From assembly GCA_044356295.1 (NCBI GenBank), contig JBIKWN010000081.1:1-10011 (forward strand): a stretch of DNA of 10,011 bases. Reading direction: 5' to 3'. Position numbers and translations under genes: made by a program. Below are positions 7,444 through 10,011 of this stretch, piece by piece; position 1 is the first letter of the stretch, and each line of letters opens with the position of its first letter. The DNA comes from Bdellovibrionota bacterium. GTDB taxonomy: Bacteria; Bdellovibrionota_C; UBA2361; JBIKWN01. The notes under the pieces are model-generated. The model worked only from the letters and a program-made list of their open reading frames with translations. It was not told the origin of the DNA and did not search any database.

Positions 7444-7830
7444 TTAATAAGGCTGAGGGATAGCAGCTTCTACTGGTTTTACCTTAGGGCAAACATATCC
7501 AGGAGAACCCCCATCACCACACCATTTCCACATGCAAAGTCCCTGACAGTATAGCTCTAAGTCACCTTTAGGAATGCCAGTTTTACAAGCAGCAGAAGCT
7601 TTACACTGAGCTAGACATTGAGTACACGCGTCCTTCCCTTTGTTAGATGCACACCACTTATTGATCCCTTGCTCCAAGGCATTGCAGCATGATTTGTCTT
7701 TGGGCGTACCCTCACCATCATCACACCAACTCTTAATAAAAGTCTCACCGTTAACGACAACTTCAGAGTAGGAAAAAGAGGTTACAACTAAAGTGAGCAC
7801 GAAAACTGCCAATAAGCTAAAATACTTCAT
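7444..7830 (-). CDS. Small secreted cysteine-rich protein (12 Cys)
   Basis: Signal peptide MKYFSLLAVFVLTLVVTSFSYS; GGAG ribosome-binding site upstream; Cys patterns CC, CxxCxxxC, CxxxCxxxxC. Confidence 0.82.
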   Translation of the reverse strand: MKYFSLLAVFVLTLVVTSFSYSEVVVNGETFIKSWCDDGEGTPKDKSCCNALEQGINKWCASNKGKDACTQCLAQCKASAACKTGIPKGDLELYCQGLCMWKWCGDGGSPGYVCPKVKPVEAAIPQPY

Positions 7831-8054
7831 AGGTTCACTCCGGTATGTAGATTGTTGTAACTAGATATGATTCTAGGCTTCAAGCGTTAAATCCCCAAGC
7901 AAAATCTTTAATGTGGTAACCGTATAATATCATTACACTTAGTTTTCAAATTTCTAAGAATTATTCGTAGTACCGCCATTGCAAAGCTTGCGTACTATCA
8001 ATATCGTCCTTCCGACATTAACTTCAATTTTAAAATTAGTGAGAAGACGATTTT

Positions 8055-8122
8055 AGTACAGGGTAACTTTCATCGTGAGTTAAACTACTGACAGTATTAA
8101 GTAATCCGAGTTACCTTATACA
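8055..8122. repeat. 68-bp hairpin intergenic repeat, copy 6
   Basis: agtacagggtaactttcatcgtgagttaaactactgacagtattaagtaatccgagttaccttataca; same orientation, more diverged ends. Confidence 0.95.
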
Positions 8123-8174
8123 AATTATATCTTGCCCTACTTTTTTTCCTTCCAGCTTTGGATGTTGTCAAAAT

Positions 8175-8190
8175 AGTTACATTGTACCAG
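8175..8190. repeat. Isolated repeat arm (half-site) upstream of paralog B
   Basis: agttacattgtaccag versus the reverse complement of the copy-4 end, agttaccctgtgccag; it marks the start of homology with the paralog A leader. Confidence 0.6.
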
Positions 8191-8277
8191 TTTTTTTCTT
8201 GCTTTTTTCTAGTGAGGAAGCTCATATTTAGTGTAAAAGTATAGCAGTATTTAACCTCTCCAAAGGACTTCCTTTTT

Positions 8278-8892
8278 ATGAGATATCTTAAGAATCTTTG
8301 TCTTATCCTCTCTGTATCACTACTCTCTGGTACGGCAGTTTTTGCAGATCCATATACATTCACTAAACAAGATTTCATTGAATACGGAATCTATTTTTCG
8401 CCACGTAGCACGGTTCGCAGCACTAAATTACTTACTCTTCGTGCAGGGGACATTACAGGTTACTATGCAAAGTTCTTCCCTTCCATCAAAGATGTCCCTT
8501 CGCAGCGGCAAGCACTACAGCTTACAACACTTCGTGGCGCTGTACGTGTCCGCAGAAATGATGATACAGGTCTAGTCGTTATCCGAGATACTCATAACTC
8601 TAAAAAACGCATAGGTACAAAAAAACTTGATGTGACTTTTGAAAATGGTATCTGCACTGATGCCGCTGGGACTTCTTCACCTTGTGCTGTGCATCTGCTT
8701 CTGACCACGAACAAACCTGATAAGAATACGCTGCGCCAATCACGTACGTTGCGCATTACGACATCGACAGGTCTTTCATTCAGATATAAATCTTTATCCT
8801 ACGACGGTGGAAAGCCTCTTAACCTCCCAGCCCTTAATCGTACTCCTGCAATTAACAACTATGCTTGGGAGTGGCGACCAAGCGTTAAGTAG
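8278..8892 (+). CDS. Secreted hypothetical protein, paralog B (inverted relative to the array)
   Basis: About 75% identical to paralog A by manual count (about 50 differences in 204 aa, 12 of them in the signal peptide); AAAGGA upstream. Confidence 0.88.
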   Translation: MRYLKNLCLILSVSLLSGTAVFADPYTFTKQDFIEYGIYFSPRSTVRSTKLLTLRAGDITGYYAKFFPSIKDVPSQRQALQLTTLRGAVRVRRNDDTGLVVIRDTHNSKKRIGTKKLDVTFENGICTDAAGTSSPCAVHLLLTTNKPDKNTLRQSRTLRITTSTGLSFRYKSLSYDGGKPLNLPALNRTPAINNYAWEWRPSVK

Positions 8893-8944
8893 CAAGTATA
8901 CTTGATTATAGATCGTGTGCGCAGCAGAGAGCGTTATTTGTTCT

Positions 8945-8965
8945 ATGAAAGTCCGTCCCTGTACC
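8945..8965. repeat. Inverted degenerate repeat remnant downstream of paralog B
   Basis: atgaaagt-ccgt-ccctgtacc versus the reverse-complement consensus atgaaagt-ta-ccctgtacc; weaker similarity at about 8889-8908 (gtagcaagtatacttgatta versus gtacaaggtaacttggatta). Confidence 0.65.
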
Positions 8966-8974
8966 TACGTCTTC

Positions 8975-9676
8975 CTATCTATCAATGATAAGAAATGCGA
9001 TCTTTGCAGGATCATTACTGCTGAACTCTTCAATTTTGCTTAAGGTGCAACCATCTACTGCTGCAAGTGATAGAACTGCTTTGCCACTACTAACAGAGCT
9101 TTGTCGCACGAGAAGCTCTTTGCCTTGGCAGGTAGCATAGAGCCCAAACTGTTTTGACTCGCTCTGCTGTGTTGCATATTGAATTGTAGCAATACATCCT
9201 TGCGACGCGGCATCATCGGTACGAATAATCTGCCTATCCTCAATAATATATGAGCTACAGTTCGTTAGAAAAACACGAGACTCAACAAAGGTGGTTTTAT
9301 AAAGTGCTTGTTTCTGTTCTTGTATCGTTAATTTAATGACTGAGTCGTTCGAAAGCTTTGCATTATAGCGAAGCGAAATTGTCTGTGGTTGTGTCTGATC
9401 AGGCTGGAATTCAATTGAAAAATTGTTGCCCTCCGGCGCAAGCATTTCAAAGGTGCCATCTGCGTTTGTCGTTGAGATACGTGCTTGACCAATATCATTA
9501 GACATCACGATGGCTCCATCTTTGATAGGAGCTTGCATGCGGTTACGAGCATATCCTTGAATAGATCGATTGCTACCAGTATCGCCTCCTGAAGATCCGA
9601 TGGTGCCGCCACCACATCCTGCGAGTATAAGAATCATATATAGCAATAGATTGTGAACGGAAATTATTTTACTCAT
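8975..9676 (-). CDS. Lipoprotein with carboxypeptidase-regulatory-like (prealbumin-type beta-sandwich) domain
   Basis: Lipobox LAG-C followed by GGGTIGSSGG; SIQGYARNRMQAPIKDGAIVM...TTNADGTF pattern; ATGA overlap with the upstream gene. Confidence 0.75.
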   Translation of the reverse strand: MSKIISVHNLLLYMILILAGCGGGTIGSSGGDTGSNRSIQGYARNRMQAPIKDGAIVMSNDIGQARISTTNADGTFEMLAPEGNNFSIEFQPDQTQPQTISLRYNAKLSNDSVIKLTIQEQKQALYKTTFVESRVFLTNCSSYIIEDRQIIRTDDAASQGCIATIQYATQQSESKQFGLYATCQGKELLVRQSSVSSGKAVLSLAAVDGCTLSKIEEFSSNDPAKIAFLIIDR

Positions 9677-10011
9677 GGTGTTTTTTTCCTCCCTCGTTTT
9701 CGCGGAACAATAGCAGTAGTAGGCTGTGGTTTTCTTACCACTGCAAATGTTCCAAATGATACATATCCTTGACCGCTTTTATCAGGTTGATGCGTAATAT
9801 CAAGATCCTTTGACCCAACAAAGTCTCGCACTTCTTTGTGCATGGCTTCACCTTTCTTAAGGAGCCACGCTGTAACCTCTTCCAATGCATCAAGCGATAC
9901 ATTGTCAAAGTAGGTCCTAAGCTGTAATTGCGGTATCGGTTCATTGCCCCACACGTTTCGCTCAGTCGCTTCAAGGAGTGAATGGATATCTTCGCTGACG
10001 GCAGTCATGGC
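9673..10011 (-). CDS. C-terminal part of a DUF6502-like protein (5' end outside window)
   Basis: Frame is open to the edge. The pattern L..TERNV....P.L..RTYFDNV..A......L..........F....D.......VSFGTF resembles, from memory, the DUF6502 C-terminus, a family often found upstream of lipoprotein or outer-membrane genes. Confidence 0.6.
   Translation of the reverse strand, partial: AMTAVSEDIHSLLEATERNVWGNEPIPQLQLRTYFDNVSLDALEEVTAWLLKKGEAMHKEVRDFVGSKDLDITHQPDKSGQGYVSFGTFAVVRKPQPTTAIVPRKRGRKKTP

Noticed and set aside
2639..8122. CRISPR array
   Set aside because: Repeats are 68 bp and separated by 0.6-1.5 kb of whole genes rather than 25-50 bp spacers; no cas genes are present.
2639..8122. Canonical integron attC sites
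   Set aside because: The boxes are GGGTAAC/GTTACCT (or AGGTAAC/GTTACCC), not RYYYAAC/GTTRRRY. No L''/L' pair at the usual 5-6 nt spacing was found, and no intI gene is in the window. Kept only as an analogy.
2639..8122. MITE/IS ends, pdif sites or simple intrinsic terminators
   Set aside because: No clear target-site duplications, no transposase, uniform orientation, no XerC/XerD consensus, and no U-tract after the hairpin on the strand of the cargo genes. A REP-like or MITE origin is disfavoured but cannot be excluded without genome-wide data.
8097..8378. 93-aa minus-strand ORF ending in repeat copy 6
   Set aside because: Overlaps the start and leader of paralog B and reads through A/T runs and the repeat itself; probably spurious.
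5473..8575. Mutually similar alternate-frame ORFs 5473..5655 and 8342..8575
   Set aside because: Their similarity follows from lying inside paralogs A and B; lengths differ and there is no independent support.
5102..8892. Diversity-generating retroelement template/variable pair
   Set aside because: Both copies are full genes with differences at all base types, many of them synonymous; no reverse transcriptase is present.
1086..9974. Other short nested ORFs (1086..1277, 3356..3568, 4486..4743, 6079..6288, 6229..6639, 6868..7077, 7087..7278, 9055..9243, 9735..9974)
   Set aside because: All lie fully within better-supported longer CDSs and have no recognisable motifs.

Overview
AT-rich bacterial window. 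The left flank has a D-amino acid oxidase-like gene and a His-rich outer-membrane beta-barrel gene. The right flank has a DUF6502-like gene (cut by the window edge) coupled to a lipoprotein. Between them (about 2639-8965) is an array in which unrelated genes are separated by co-oriented copies of a conserved 68-bp imperfect hairpin (consensus GGTACAGGGTAAC-TTTCATTGTGATTTAAACTACTGAAAGTATTAAGTAATCCGA-GTTACCTTGTACC). There are five full copies, one internally deleted copy, and inverted remnants around the last gene. The units carry an HTH-MNT/HEPN toxin-antitoxin pair, a SAM methyltransferase, a 436-aa hypothetical protein, a 12-Cys secreted protein and two paralogous secreted proteins about 75% identical. 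The layout resembles an integron cassette array, but the repeat does not fit the canonical attC consensus and no recombinase gene is visible in the window. It is a candidate non-canonical gene-cassette system. All calls come from reading motifs by eye; no searches were run.
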